Shown one piece after another: positions 9,195-22,506 of a stretch of 64,000 bases of DNA. Under the pieces are notes generated by a model that had not been told where the DNA came from, made no database searches, and worked only from the letters and a program-made list of their open reading frames with translations. Source of the stretch: an uncultured Elusimicrobia bacterium. Lineage in GTDB: Bacteria > Elusimicrobiota > Elusimicrobia > 2-01-FULL-59-12. The stretch is from contig OY969767.1 of the NCBI GenBank assembly GCA_963702895.1, positions 2,592,001 through 2,656,000 of the forward strand, read 5' to 3'. How positions within the stretch are numbered: position 1 is the first letter of the stretch; every line of letters starts with the position of its first letter. The position numbers and the translations under genes were made by a program.

Positions 9195-10503
9195 GGATTA
9201 GGTAGAAAGGAATACAGGCCGCCATCATGCCGATGCCGCCGAGGGCGGCGTTTCGGTCGTTGCGGATTTCGTGAAAGACCATCCAAAGAACCGTCACAAT
9301 GAAAAGAAAGGGTAGCACAGGATACCCCCAGGCCTTGTAGGGGCGCGGTAAATCAGGCTGGGTCCTGCGCAAATGATAGAGAGCGCTCACGGTGACGGCA
9401 TTGATGAGAAGGCTTGGGACGGTCACATAGTCGTCCAGTAGCCTGTAGAAATGGGAATGGTCAAGCCCGCCCCAGAGCGCAAGCACAGCCGCCCAGAGGG
9501 TGATAAAGAGAATGGCATTGGACGGCGTCCGAAAGCGTGGATGCACAGCGCCAAACAAAGGCATAAGATCGCCTCGCTCGGCCATCGCAAAGGGAATGCG
9601 CGGCGCCGTCAAGAGGGTTGCATTCAGACATCCCAGAATAGAAAAGGCAATAAAGAATGAAACTCCGTTGGCGATCGTGGGAGAAAACATCCTGCTTGCC
9701 GCTTCCTTGGCGATGGCAATCACCCCTCGCATCTCCCCGGACGGCATGGCGTAGAGATAAACCACGTTGAGCAAGAGATAAAGGACCGCCGTGAGAAGAA
9801 CGCCGCTCAAAAGGGAAACCGGTATGGTGCGTTCGGGGTTCTTGACTTCACTGCCCACGTACACGGTGGCATTCCAGCCGCTATAAGTGTACATGATGGG
9901 GATGAGCGCCATGGCGAGGCCCTCGAGGAGGGGAGGGGAGGACCCTGGGGCCAGACGGAAGAGGGGCTCTGCATTCGAGAGGCTGCCTTGGCCCAGAGCT
10001 GCGCCTATGGCGGCAAAGCCAAGGATCGCGACAACTTTGATGGTCGTAATGGCGTCAACAACACCCGCACCCACTTTGACCCCGAGATAATTGAGCGCTC
10101 CAAAGAAAAGGATCAATCCAACCGCGGTGATTTGGACATAAAGCGGATTTTGGATGCCTGCGTATTTCGTAAACCCGACCGCCAGAATAGCAATGGTGCC
10201 GGACTGGGTGATAAACGTCGCGGACCACCCATAAAGAAATCCCCAAAAAGGGCCGTAGGCCTCACGCAAGAATTGGTAATTCCCCCCGGCTCGGGGGTAG
10301 GCCGCGCCGAGCTCCGCGTAAGAAAGCGCCCCAGCCAACGCCAGCATGGCCCCTAGGACCCAAGCGAGGAGAACCCAGCCGCTGGTCGGCAAGAGCGTGG
10401 AAATGCGGCCTGGCGTCGTAAATATACCCACGCCAATCATGTTGCCGATCACGAGCATCGTGCAGGAAAAGAGGCCCAAAGCTCTACGTAACTCGTAACT
10501 CAA
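9175..10503 (-). CDS. APC-family amino acid permease
   Basis: GNMIGVGIF, YAELGAAYPRAGG, YSGW; many TM helices. Confidence 0.93.
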   Translation of the reverse strand: MSYELRRALGLFSCTMLVIGNMIGVGIFTTPGRISTLLPTSGWVLLAWVLGAMLALAGALSYAELGAAYPRAGGNYQFLREAYGPFWGFLYGWSATFITQSGTIAILAVGFTKYAGIQNPLYVQITAVGLILFFGALNYLGVKVGAGVVDAITTIKVVAILGFAAIGAALGQGSLSNAEPLFRLAPGSSPPLLEGLAMALIPIMYTYSGWNATVYVGSEVKNPERTIPVSLLSGVLLTAVLYLLLNVVYLYAMPSGEMRGVIAIAKEAASRMFSPTIANGVSFFIAFSILGCLNATLLTAPRIPFAMAERGDLMPLFGAVHPRFRTPSNAILFITLWAAVLALWGGLDHSHFYRLLDDYVTVPSLLINAVTVSALYHLRRTQPDLPRPYKAWGYPVLPFLFIVTVLWMVFHEIRNDRNAALGGIGMMAACIPFYLIHDRKKS

Positions 10504-10565
10504 TGTTTACGCTCCGTTCATATCTCTGTAACAGGCTCGCGCTACACTCTTCTTAGGAGAGCCCC

Positions 10566-10658
10566 ATGAACTTCTTCGCTCTTACAGGACTGTGGATTGG
10601 CGTGGGCCTTGTGGCGCTAGGGTTTTCCCTCGCCAGCAACCTTCTCCACCTAAAATAA
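10566..10658 (+). CDS. 30-aa single-TM small protein (absent from the ORF track)
   Basis: AGGAGAGCCCC-ATG; translates to MNFFALTGLWIGVGLVALGFSLASNLLHLK; followed by a terminator hairpin. Confidence 0.6.
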   Translation: MNFFALTGLWIGVGLVALGFSLASNLLHLK

Positions 10659-10685
10659 TCCCAACGACCCTTCTTAACGAATGAA

Positions 10686-10718
10686 GCGGTCGCCAGACGC
10701 ATGGCGACCGCCTTCTTT
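10686..10718 (+). terminator. Intrinsic terminator
   Basis: GCGGTCGCCA-GACGCA-TGGCGACCGC (10-bp stem), then CTTCTTT. Confidence 0.65.
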
Positions 10719-10795
10719 ATATTAAAACTGGTCAATTATTGGAACTGAAAACCACATCTCTATCGTTCTAAGGACCTCTGGCCTTCCAAGGCAAT

Positions 10796-10822
10796 AAAAA
10801 AACCCGGCGTTCTCATGCCGGG
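10796..10822 (-). terminator. Intrinsic terminator
   Basis: Minus strand CCCGGC-ATGAGAAC-GCCGGG followed by T7. Confidence 0.7.
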
Positions 10823-11115
10823 ATCTCTAAAACCAGGGGTCTATGAATTTCGAATGACAGATTGAGTTTAACAGGACTCGGTCCACTCGACAAGGCCCAA
10901 GATAGGCCTAAAGATTGAGATCTTCAAAAAGACTGATGCTGAATGAAAATATGAAAATTTACACAGCGATGAGGGCTCTGGGGCTCGCTGGCCAGCCATA
11001 CTCGTCCTTGGGGAGTCCATAGGTCGGTGGCCGGTAGAGCTCTTCCAGAGAACGAGAGATGAAATTCCCCTCGTAGAGGTCATTTCGGACAAAAAACGCA
11101 TTGGCACCACGGCTT

Positions 11116-11550
11116 TCACATCCCGCGGTTGATGTTTTCCGCGGTCACAAAAGCTTGCTTGATGTGCAGCGGAGGGTTCGGCGCAGGGTCCATCAGAAGG
11201 CCAGTCCATCCCTGTTTTTCCATAAGGAGCCGCGTATTGCGCTCCGCCCCGTCTTCCACACCAAACTCCACCGCATACTTAGGCCCTGGCCCCAGGCGCC
11301 GGAGAATGGCCTGGAGAATGCCATCTTCTCCATGCTGTGAATACCACTTCGCTTCAAAGCGCGAGAGGTCCCCAAGCGGGCCCAAGCGTACGGCGGGGAG
11401 AAGGATGCGGCACCGGAGTCTCTGGAGCGCCTCGATCGCTGCTCTGGCGATGAGCAACAGGGACCATATCCCAGAGCCACGCCGAACTCGCGCTTTCATG
11501 AAATGACGGATGTGGTTCATCATGGCGGAAAAGAGAGCCGCAAGGCCCAA
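11116..11550 (-). pseudogene. Truncated FkbM-like methyltransferase fragment
   Basis: YSQHGEDGIL, VEFGVEDG..NT, GWTGLLMD, FVTAENIN, then stop. The C-terminal DLLSIDIDG-type half was not found. Confidence 0.65.
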
Positions 11551-11575
11551 GCTCTATGGCGCGACACCCAGGGGG

Positions 11576-14074
11576 CTATTTCTTTAAGGGCAATTCTTCT
11601 TGTTTATCTTCTTCGTCTTCGGTGGCGAGCGGCGTGATGGCCGCGAGCTTGTCTTCCTGCTCCTGGCGAACGAGGCGAACACCCTGGGCATTGCGGCCAA
11701 TGATCGAAACTTCTTTGGCGGCCAGGCGTATGCTCATGCCTTTTTCTGTCATCAGCATGACGTCGTCGCCATCGTTCGCCTTAATGAGGCCTACCACAGG
11801 GCCGTTGCGGTCGGTGGTCTTAATATTGATCACACCATGGCCGCCGCGGGACTGCAATCGGTATTCGTCGATGTCGGTGCGTTTGCCGAAGCCGTGTTCG
11901 GTCGCAATTAAAATGGTGTCTTTGGCTCCGACCGCTTCCATGCCTACCACGCGGTCGCTCTTGCCCAGCTTGATGCCGCGCACCCCCATGCCCGCTCGGC
12001 CAATGGGGCGTACATCCTCTTCCTTAAAGCGGATGGCCAGACCTTCGCGCGTGCCAATAATAATTTGAGACTTACCATCGGTATGCTTGACGCCGATCAG
12101 GCTGTCGCCTTCATCGAGCCTAATCGCGATAATGCCGCCGCGGCGGGGGTTGGCAAATTCCGTGAGTGGAGTTTTTTTGACCGTGCCATGCATCGTGCCC
12201 ATGAAGAGGAAATCCTCTTTATTGTCCTTTGGCTCAAAGGAGTCAACTGGGATGGCCGCCGTGATTTTTTCTCCCTGTTCCGAGAGTTGAATGAAATTGG
12301 CGATGGACTTGCCCTTGGACGCGCGCCCCGCTTCGGGGATCTCATAGACCCGCGTCCAGTAGACCCGACCCTTGTTCGTAAACAGGAGCAGATAAGCGAG
12401 GGTGTTCGTCACAAAGAGTTGTTCAACATAATCCTCTTCGCGCGTGGTCATGCCCGTAACACCCTTGCCGCCGCGCCGCTGGGCGCGGTAAGCGGTCACG
12501 GGCAAGCGCTTGACATAGCCCGCATGCGAGAAGGTCACCACCACCTCTTCATGGGCCACGAGGTCCTCGATCTCCATCTCTTCGGCGGCGGCTGTGATCT
12601 TCGTGCGGCGCTCATCCCCATATTTTTCGTTGAGTTCCTTGAGCTCGGCTTGAATGATGGCCAGCACCTTGCGGGCATCCGCCAGGATCCCCTGGAGGCG
12701 CGCGATGGTTTTGAGGAGCTCCTCATATTCGTCTTCGATCTTCTTGCGCTCAAGGCCCGTGAGCTGCTGCAAGCGCATGTCGAGGATGGCCTGGGCCTGG
12801 ATGCGCGTCAGGCTAAAGTTTTCCATCAGACGCAGCCGCGCGGCATCGGTGTCTTTGGACTCACGGATGGTCTTGATGATCTTATCGAGATGGTCGAGGG
12901 CGATTTTCAAGCCCTCCAGTATGTGGGCGCGCGCCTCGGCCCGGGCCAGCTCATACTTCGTGCGGCGGACCACGACTTCTTTGCGGTGCTCGACGTACCA
13001 GTGGATCATTTCCCGCATCGAAAGGACCTTGGGTTTCCCGCTCACCAAAGCCAGCATGATCACGCCAAAGGAAGTCTGAAGGGCCGTGTGCTTGAAAAGT
13101 TGGTTGAGGACGATCTGGGCGTTCCCTTCGCGCTTGATTTCGATCACGACGCGGATGCCGTCGCGGTCCGATTCGTCTCGAATGTCAGAGATGTCATCGA
13201 CCCTCTTGTCCCGCACAAGGTTCGCGATGGACTCAATAAGAGAGGTCTTGTTCACCTGGTAGGGTATTTCGTTGATGATGATGGCCTGCCTGCCGCCGCG
13301 GATGTCCTCGATTTCGGTCTTGGCGCGAATCACCACGGACCCGCGGCCCGTCTCGAAGTAGTCCTTGATGCCTTGGCGGCCCATGAGGAAGCCCGCGGTT
13401 GGGAAGTCTGGCCCCTTGATAATCTTGAGGAGCTCGGCCGTCGTGATCTCGGGGTTTTCGATGTAGGCGGCAATGCCGTTACAGACCTCCGAAAGATTAT
13501 GCGGCGGCATGTTGGTCGCCATGCCTACGGCGATGCCGGCCGATCCATTCACCAAGAGATTGGGGAGCTTGGCGGGGAGCACCAAGGGCTCGGTCATCGA
13601 GCCGTCGTAGTTGGGCCCATAAGCGACCGTTTCTTTATCGATATCGCCGAGCACTTCATCGGCAATCGCGCCCAGGCGCACCTCGGTGTAGCGCATGGCG
13701 GCGGGCGGGTCCCCGTCGACCGAGCCGAAATTCCCCTGACCGTCGACAAGCGTATAGCGAAGCGAAAAGTCTTGCACCATGCGGACCATGGCATCATAGA
13801 CCGCGACATCTCCATGAGGATGGAATTTACCCAAGACGTCTCCGACCACGCGTGCGCTTTTCTTATAAGCGGAGCGGTGGGTAAGCCCCATCTCCTTCAT
13901 GGCAAAAAGGATCCGGCGATGCACAGGCTTAAAGCCGTCTCGCACGTCGGGCAAGGCGCGGCCCACGATCACGCTCATCGCGTAATTGATATAGGACGAC
14001 TTCATCTCGTCTTCGATGTTCCGCGGGATGATCCGGTCGCTGGGTTCGGGCGGGAGTGTGGGTGTTTGGGCCAT
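11576..14074 (-). CDS. gyrA: DNA gyrase subunit A
   Basis: [21 protein letters not shown] catalytic Tyr, GyrA box QRRGGKG. Confidence 0.99.
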   Translation of the reverse strand: MAQTPTLPPEPSDRIIPRNIEDEMKSSYINYAMSVIVGRALPDVRDGFKPVHRRILFAMKEMGLTHRSAYKKSARVVGDVLGKFHPHGDVAVYDAMVRMVQDFSLRYTLVDGQGNFGSVDGDPPAAMRYTEVRLGAIADEVLGDIDKETVAYGPNYDGSMTEPLVLPAKLPNLLVNGSAGIAVGMATNMPPHNLSEVCNGIAAYIENPEITTAELLKIIKGPDFPTAGFLMGRQGIKDYFETGRGSVVIRAKTEIEDIRGGRQAIIINEIPYQVNKTSLIESIANLVRDKRVDDISDIRDESDRDGIRVVIEIKREGNAQIVLNQLFKHTALQTSFGVIMLALVSGKPKVLSMREMIHWYVEHRKEVVVRRTKYELARAEARAHILEGLKIALDHLDKIIKTIRESKDTDAARLRLMENFSLTRIQAQAILDMRLQQLTGLERKKIEDEYEELLKTIARLQGILADARKVLAIIQAELKELNEKYGDERRTKITAAAEEMEIEDLVAHEEVVVTFSHAGYVKRLPVTAYRAQRRGGKGVTGMTTREEDYVEQLFVTNTLAYLLLFTNKGRVYWTRVYEIPEAGRASKGKSIANFIQLSEQGEKITAAIPVDSFEPKDNKEDFLFMGTMHGTVKKTPLTEFANPRRGGIIAIRLDEGDSLIGVKHTDGKSQIIIGTREGLAIRFKEEDVRPIGRAGMGVRGIKLGKSDRVVGMEAVGAKDTILIATEHGFGKRTDIDEYRLQSRGGHGVINIKTTDRNGPVVGLIKANDGDDVMLMTEKGMSIRLAAKEVSIIGRNAQGVRLVRQEQEDKLAAITPLATEDEEDKQEELPLKK

Positions 14075-14077
14075 ACG

Positions 14078-16860
<2,783 letters not shown>

Positions 16861-16862
16861 TC

Positions 16863-17972
16863 CTACACCCTCATCGGCATAATGACGGAGAGCATGTCGG
16901 CATCGCCGACAGGCCGGATGACGCCGGGGTTTAAGGCCGTGGACAGTTCGAGCCAGACCTGGCTGGCATCCGAGTTTTTGAGGACATCCAGAACAAACTG
17001 TGGATTGAAGGCGATCTCAAGACCCGGCCCTGTGTAGTCGACAGGCAGCTCATCTTCCACTTCCACGCGCCCTTGGGCCGCCCCTTTGGCGCGAAGTTTG
17101 CCGTTTTCTAGCGAAAAGCGAACCGCGCCTCCGCGGTCCCCTGATCCTAACGCAGCGCGCTGGGTCATCATGAGAAGATCTTTGGCCGCGAGTTGGACTT
17201 TGGTTTCAGAGGATTTAGGGATTACCTGCTCATAATTCGGGAAGTTACCATCAATGAGTCTGGAGATGACGATGGTTTCTCCTATTTTGAAAGCGACTTG
17301 ATTTTCTGTAACACTCACCTTGATCGTATCCGTCCCCAGCCCCTCCGAGACAAGCAAGCGCTCCACCTCTCGGATCGCTTTCGAGGGGATAATCACGGCA
17401 ATCACCATTTTCTTCTCCTGCACCGGAGAGGCTTTATAGGCGAGCCGGCGCCCATCGGTGGCCACCATACGCGCCGTCCCCTTATCCAGCATAAAGAATA
17501 CGCCGTTGAGAATATAACGCGTCTCATCTGTGGAGGCCGCATAAGCCGTCTTTCGAATCATCTCAAGGAGTGTTTTTGCTTCTATCGTGACGGCATGATC
17601 TTCTGGGAACTCTGGCAAAACCGGGAAGTCTTCTTTGGGAAGCCCCAAAAGGACACATCGCGTCTTCCCGGACTTCAACTCCATCCGTGTGCCCTCTTCT
17701 GTAACGATACGAATTTCCTGATTTTCTGGAAGTGTTTTGACAAAATCGCAAAAGGTGCGCGCCGGAATGGTTAAGGCTCCTTCTTTTACGATTTCTGCTT
17801 TAATCAGACAGCGAACGCCCACCTCAAGATCCGTCGCCGCGAGTTTAAGTTGGTTGGTTTTAGTCTCAATTAAAATATTTGAAAGGACGGGGAGTGTGCT
17901 TTTGGAAGAAACGGCAGACTGGACAATTTGTATGCCTTTGAGGAGCTCCGCTTTTGAGCAAACGATCTGCAT
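16863..17972 (-). CDS. dnaN: DNA polymerase III beta clamp
   Basis: LPVLSNILI, ATDLE, ATDGRRLA, SRLIDGNFPNY, VIMPMRV. Confidence 0.98.
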   Translation of the reverse strand: MQIVCSKAELLKGIQIVQSAVSSKSTLPVLSNILIETKTNQLKLAATDLEVGVRCLIKAEIVKEGALTIPARTFCDFVKTLPENQEIRIVTEEGTRMELKSGKTRCVLLGLPKEDFPVLPEFPEDHAVTIEAKTLLEMIRKTAYAASTDETRYILNGVFFMLDKGTARMVATDGRRLAYKASPVQEKKMVIAVIIPSKAIREVERLLVSEGLGTDTIKVSVTENQVAFKIGETIVISRLIDGNFPNYEQVIPKSSETKVQLAAKDLLMMTQRAALGSGDRGGAVRFSLENGKLRAKGAAQGRVEVEDELPVDYTGPGLEIAFNPQFVLDVLKNSDASQVWLELSTALNPGVIRPVGDADMLSVIMPMRV

Positions 17973-18005
17973 AGAAGTTTTAAGGACGTTCTCAGTTGTT
18001 ACCAT

Positions 18006-18194
18006 ATTGTATTAAAAATCGTAGTAGTATCCGTAGGGAGTTGGATAGTGGGTATAACCTCTGGCGCCGATCGAAAAAAGCACAACATCAAAAACTTCCA
18101 ACATCCCATGCATGAAGAACATCCTACGAACAACCCTGCTAATTTATCCCCACAATCCACACCAGGGAACCTTATCCACGCCACTTAGGACTTA
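18006..18194. other. Probable replication origin (oriC)
   Basis: dnaA-dnaN intergenic region. DnaA-box-like TTATCCACG (18172-18180), TTATCCCCA (18144-18152), CAATCCACA (18153-18161) and minus-strand TTATACCCA (18049-18057), followed by TAC trios and an AT tract. Confidence 0.8.
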
Positions 18195-19565
18195 TTAAGA
18201 TTTTGTTCCTGAGCGGATCTCTTGAATGATCTTGTTCACGAGGGCTGTAAAAAAAGGGTCCTGCTCCAGGCGGCTCTTCACTTTTTGGGTCGCGTGCATG
18301 ACCGTGGTGTGATCTTTCCCGCCAAAACATTCACCGATCTGCGTGGTGGACATATCGGTTAGCGTTCGGGTCAGGTACATCGCGATCTGGCGCGGGAAAG
18401 CGATGGCGTCTGTACGCCGCTTGGACCGCATGTCGTGAAGTTCCAGATGATAATGATGGGCTACCACTTCCTGAATCTTTTCAATGGAAACTGGGGCCGC
18501 CGCGTCTTCGCGGGCCATCACGTCACGCAGCACCGCCATCGCAGAGTCCACGGTCAGAGGGATGCCGGTCAGCGACGCATGAGCCACCACGCGCGTCAAA
18601 GACCCTTCTAGCTCCCGGATGTTGGAGCGAATGTGGCTTGCCAGAAAGAGCAACACATCATCCGGCACAAAAAGACTCTCCGCTTCCGCCTTATCACGCA
18701 AGATCGCGATGCGCGTCTCAAGCTCCGGCGCCTGGATGTCCGCCACGACCCCCCATTCAAAGCGGGTGATCAGACGCTCCTGTAGGGTAGGGATCTCCTT
18801 CGGAGGCCGGTCGCTTGTGATCACGATCTGTTTACGGGAGTCATAGAGGGTATTAAAGGTATAGAAAAACTCTTCCTGGGAACTTTCCTTATTAACGAGG
18901 AACTGAATATCATCAATCAGGAGGCAATCAAGCCCACGGTATTTCTGGCGGAACTGATTCATCTTCTCAAATCGAAGCGAATCGATAAATTCATTGATAA
19001 ATTTCTCAGAGGAAGTGTAGAGCACGCGCGCGCGGGGGTTGGCCTGCAAGATGTGATGGCCAATCGCATGCATCAAATGGGTTTTCCCAAGCCCCACCCC
19101 ACCATAGAGGAAGAGAGGGTTGTAGGCCTTGCCAGGGTCCTTCGCGACAGCCTGGGAAGCGGCTTGGGCAAATCGGTTCGAGTGGCCTACCACAAAGGTG
19201 TCAAACGTATAGCGGGAGTTTAAGTACGTTTCGATGGAAGGCCCCGCAGGCGCGGAGGTCGTTACGGAGGCAGGCGCCGGGACTGATGCTGGCGACTGGA
19301 GGAGCTCCTCGACCGGTCGAAGGACGGTAAAGGAGAGGGCAATGGACTGGCCAGAGCGCTCTTTTAAAAGGGTCTCAATATTAGATTGGTAATGATCGCG
19401 CAGCCAATCCGCGAAGAAGGTGTTCGGGACCTGAACAACCAGACGTCCCCCTTCCAAAGAGATGGCTTTTACGGGTCGAAACCACAAATCGAACGATTCG
19501 TCGTTCATTTGCGGCTTCAAAACGGACAAGACATCTTCCCACAAATTCTCTACGACTACAGTCAT
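18195..19565 (-). CDS. dnaA: Chromosomal replication initiator DnaA
   Basis: YNPLFLYGGVGLGKTHL, LIDDIQF, GGKDHTTV. GGAG upstream of ATG 19565. Confidence 0.99.
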   Translation of the reverse strand: MTVVVENLWEDVLSVLKPQMNDESFDLWFRPVKAISLEGGRLVVQVPNTFFADWLRDHYQSNIETLLKERSGQSIALSFTVLRPVEELLQSPASVPAPASVTTSAPAGPSIETYLNSRYTFDTFVVGHSNRFAQAASQAVAKDPGKAYNPLFLYGGVGLGKTHLMHAIGHHILQANPRARVLYTSSEKFINEFIDSLRFEKMNQFRQKYRGLDCLLIDDIQFLVNKESSQEEFFYTFNTLYDSRKQIVITSDRPPKEIPTLQERLITRFEWGVVADIQAPELETRIAILRDKAEAESLFVPDDVLLFLASHIRSNIRELEGSLTRVVAHASLTGIPLTVDSAMAVLRDVMAREDAAAPVSIEKIQEVVAHHYHLELHDMRSKRRTDAIAFPRQIAMYLTRTLTDMSTTQIGECFGGKDHTTVMHATQKVKSRLEQDPFFTALVNKIIQEIRSGTKS

Positions 19566-19609
19566 GTAAAACTCACTCCATCCGGGAATAGAACAGGAAG
19601 GACGTAAAA

Positions 19610-20470
19610 TTAATCGCGCCGTATTGTAGACGTTGGCGTACGGGTTGTCAAATCTGTTTCTCGACGGAAAATGGACCAAGGAACAGCCAATCGCGCGTAA
19701 TCCGCAAGGCCAATGGTTTCAGCGCGCAGACTTGGACGGATGCCGTGCAGAGCCAGCCATTTTTCAACTTCGGCGCGCTGGCAGCCGCAATGAAAAGCGA
19801 GGCTGTTGGCAATCGTTTTACGGCGGTGCGCGAACGCCCCATGGGCAAGATCAAAAAAGGCGGCCACGCCTTCATGGCCTATCAGAGGTTTTGTTTTTCG
19901 GCGCAGGCGAATGACGCTGGAGCTAACCCGCGGCGGCGGCAGGAACGCTCCAGGTTTCACCGCACAGACCATTTCCGTGTCCGCGAAGAGCTGGACCGCC
20001 AGGGTCAGGATCCCATAGTCGCGCGATCCTTCCCGGGCAACGATGCGTTCCGCGACTTCGCGCTGGATGAGAAACACGCCGATCTGCCACCCTGGCCAAG
20101 CCATAATCTTTTCAAAGATGGGAGACGTGATGGAATACGGCAGGTTCCCCAGGACCTTCAGCGGCCTCCCCGGCGCGTGAGGCAGAGCAGGATCTTGTGC
20201 CAGGACGGCCAGGTCCACCTTCAAGATATCGGCGTGAATAATTTGGACCCCAGGAGTGCCTTCCAGCCGTTTTTGCAGGCCTGACGCGAGCGCCTCATCA
20301 AGCTCTACAGCGATCAGGCGGCCTACGCGCTCAGAAAGAGGGAGGGTGAGGACCCCTTTGCCAGGGCCGATTTCCAGCGCGGCGTCTTCTCTCGAAAGTT
20401 CAGCCGCCGCCAGGATGCTGTTCACCACCTTGGGGTCGCGAAGGAAATGCTGGCCGAGCCGTTGTCTCAC
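19610..20470 (-). CDS. rsmA: 16S rRNA adenine dimethyltransferase
   Basis: LGQHFL, EIGPGKG, GNLPY, F.PPP.V.S, F.HRRKTI.N. Confidence 0.96.
   Translation of the reverse strand: MRQRLGQHFLRDPKVVNSILAAAELSREDAALEIGPGKGVLTLPLSERVGRLIAVELDEALASGLQKRLEGTPGVQIIHADILKVDLAVLAQDPALPHAPGRPLKVLGNLPYSITSPIFEKIMAWPGWQIGVFLIQREVAERIVAREGSRDYGILTLAVQLFADTEMVCAVKPGAFLPPPRVSSSVIRLRRKTKPLIGHEGVAAFFDLAHGAFAHRRKTIANSLAFHCGCQRAEVEKWLALHGIRPSLRAETIGLADYARLAVPWSIFRRETDLTTRTPTSTIRRD
19623..19651 (-). promoter_or_regulatory. Sigma70 promoter for dnaA inside the rsmA 3' end
   Basis: TTGACA-17 nt-TACAAT. Confidence 0.75.
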
Positions 20471-21354
20471 AACACCAGGGGCATGCGACTCGTGCCTTTG
20501 GAGTATTGAGCGGCGAGCAGGATCGCCTCGACCATCGGGCGGGCATCTGCTTTGCCTTTCCCGGCGATATCGTAGGCGGTGCCGTGACCTGGAGAAGTCC
20601 TTATAAAGGGAAGACCAAGCGTCACATTGACCAAGCTCTCAGCCGCGTAAAGTTTGAGCGGAATCATGCCCTGGTCGTGATAGGCGGCCAGCGCCATGTC
20701 ATAGCGCCCCTGCGCCATGCGAACAAAGGCCGTATCCGATGGGACAGGACCCGCGACAGGGATCCCTTTTCTCTTCAGCAGCACCATGGCCGGTCTATAC
20801 AACGAGCGCTCTTCTTTGCCCAGGATCCCGCCGTCTCCCGCGTGCGGGTTCACGCCGCAAGCGACCAGGCGCGGCCGATCGATCGCGGCATGGGCCCTCA
20901 GAAAGCGATAGCCTAGCTCAGCGGCACGGACAATCAGCCTGGAGCTCAAATTCCTTGAGACCTCTCGGAGCGGGAGGTGTCGGGTGAGGAGGATGGCGCG
21001 CATCTTTTTCGAGACCATCAGCATGGCATAGTCTCGGGAGCCACTTTCCTGGGCCAGCCATTCCGTGTGCCCCGGGAAGCCATGTCCAGCTAATTGAAAG
21101 GCCTCTTTGGAAACAGGAGCGGTGACGAGGGCCCTGGCTTGACCGCTTCTCACAAGATCCAATCCACGGCGAAGGGCCTCCAGGGCGACTCGCCCGCCTT
21201 CGCGTGACGGACGCCCCATTTTGACGCGAATGGAGCGTCCCAGGATAACAGGGATGCAAAGGCGGTGAACCCGTGGATCACGCAGAGCCTTGGCGATGAT
21301 CTCAGGTCCAATTCCGGCAGGGTCTCCCAGCGTGATGGCGATGGTGGGCTTCAT
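20467..21354 (-). CDS. pdxA: 4-hydroxythreonine-4-phosphate dehydrogenase
   Basis: GDPAGIGPE, GHTE, NPHAG, YHDQG, RTSP.HGTAYDIAG. Confidence 0.95.
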   Translation of the reverse strand: MKPTIAITLGDPAGIGPEIIAKALRDPRVHRLCIPVILGRSIRVKMGRPSREGGRVALEALRRGLDLVRSGQARALVTAPVSKEAFQLAGHGFPGHTEWLAQESGSRDYAMLMVSKKMRAILLTRHLPLREVSRNLSSRLIVRAAELGYRFLRAHAAIDRPRLVACGVNPHAGDGGILGKEERSLYRPAMVLLKRKGIPVAGPVPSDTAFVRMAQGRYDMALAAYHDQGMIPLKLYAAESLVNVTLGLPFIRTSPGHGTAYDIAGKGKADARPMVEAILLAAQYSKGTSRMPLVL

Positions 21355-21365
21355 GAAAGATGGGT

Positions 21366-21447
21366 GTGATTAAGTAATGAAGTGATTGGGCGATTCAGAG
21401 GAGAGGTCCCATCCCCTAATCACGAAATCACCCAATCGCCGAATAAC
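21366..21447. repeat. Inverted octamer-tandem hairpin (intergenic)
   Basis: GTGATTAA GTAATGAA GTGATTGG GCGATTCA ... CTAATCAC GAAATCAC CCAATCGC CGAATAAC. Confidence 0.7.
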
Positions 21448-21450
21448 GTC

Positions 21451-22506
21451 CTAGTCGAAGCTGTTGATTTTAATGTCGGCTTTGGAGCGTAGTTCCTTGA
21501 CATAGGACTCAAAGCGCTTAGCGCCGCGCTGCTGGAAGAGATACTCACGCAAATCATCTTTGACGTCCTCCAGCGACATCTTGGTAGCGGCCTTTTTCTC
21601 CTGGACTTGAATGATGTGATAGCCAAAGTCCGTGGCGACGATATCCGACACTTGGCCCACCTCCAGGGCAAAGGCGGCCTTGTCAAACGCCGGCACCATA
21701 TCACCACGAGAGAAATAGCCGAGATCGCCGCCACGCTGCTTGGATCCAGGATCCTCGGAGTATTTCTTGGCCAGATCAGCAAAATCCTCGCCTTTTTTGA
21801 GACGCGACTGGACATCCTTGATTTTCTTGATGGCCTCTTCCTTTTCTGCCGTAGAGGCACCGGGGGGCACACGAATGAGGACGTGGCGCGCGCGCGCCCT
21901 CTCCGTAAAGCGGCGCTCCATGGCCTTGGCGAGCTGTTTGAGCTCCTCAATTTCGCTTGGCGTATGATTGCCGGGGATGGGCTTGTCCTTCAGGATAGCG
22001 ACGAGCGTCTCATAGAGGGACGTGATTTCTTCTTCAGAAGGAGGCGTGACCTTCGCTTTGACTTCTTGGTCAATGAGCTTGATCGTCGCCAGCTGTTCCT
22101 GGAGATGCTTGCGGAACTCTTCGTTCGTCATCCCCTCTTTTTCGAGCTCTTTATTGAATTCCTGTTCTGTGGCAAAGCGCCCACGGACCTTTTTCACGCC
22201 ATCATCCACCTCGAGTTGGCTCACCCGGATGCCCTTCTTTTTGGATTCCTCCACCAGCAGGCGGTCATCGATCATCTGATCAAGAATCCGCTTTTTGATG
22301 TCGGCAATGCGCTCCGGCGTCTGTTCGGCCGGGGGGGTGCCTTTCTTGAACTGCTCAAGGATTGGAGCGGCGTTCTTCTCAAATTCGGAGAGCATGATGC
22401 CTTGGGCGTTAACCGTCGCAAGCGTTCGGTCCAGGACTTTCGCCTGAGCAGGCAGGCCGCCAAAGATGAGACAAAGAAGGCTGACAGTTAGACAATTATT
22501 TTTCAT
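21451..22506 (-). CDS. surA: SurA-like periplasmic parvulin PPIase/chaperone
   Basis: Signal peptide, VLDRTLATVN, ARHVLI, FADLAKKYSED, GGDLG, FGYHII. Sits in surA-pdxA-rsmA synteny. Confidence 0.8.
   Translation of the reverse strand: MKNNCLTVSLLCLIFGGLPAQAKVLDRTLATVNAQGIMLSEFEKNAAPILEQFKKGTPPAEQTPERIADIKKRILDQMIDDRLLVEESKKKGIRVSQLEVDDGVKKVRGRFATEQEFNKELEKEGMTNEEFRKHLQEQLATIKLIDQEVKAKVTPPSEEEITSLYETLVAILKDKPIPGNHTPSEIEELKQLAKAMERRFTERARARHVLIRVPPGASTAEKEEAIKKIKDVQSRLKKGEDFADLAKKYSEDPGSKQRGGDLGYFSRGDMVPAFDKAAFALEVGQVSDIVATDFGYHIIQVQEKKAATKMSLEDVKDDLREYLFQQRGAKRFESYVKELRSKADIKINSFD

Noticed and set aside
10868..11209. 113-aa ORF as a continuation of the methyltransferase
   Set aside because: No methyltransferase motifs in this frame.
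19240..19300. Pro/Ala/Ser repeat in DnaA
   Set aside because: Ordinary variable domain II linker with no inverted DNA array.
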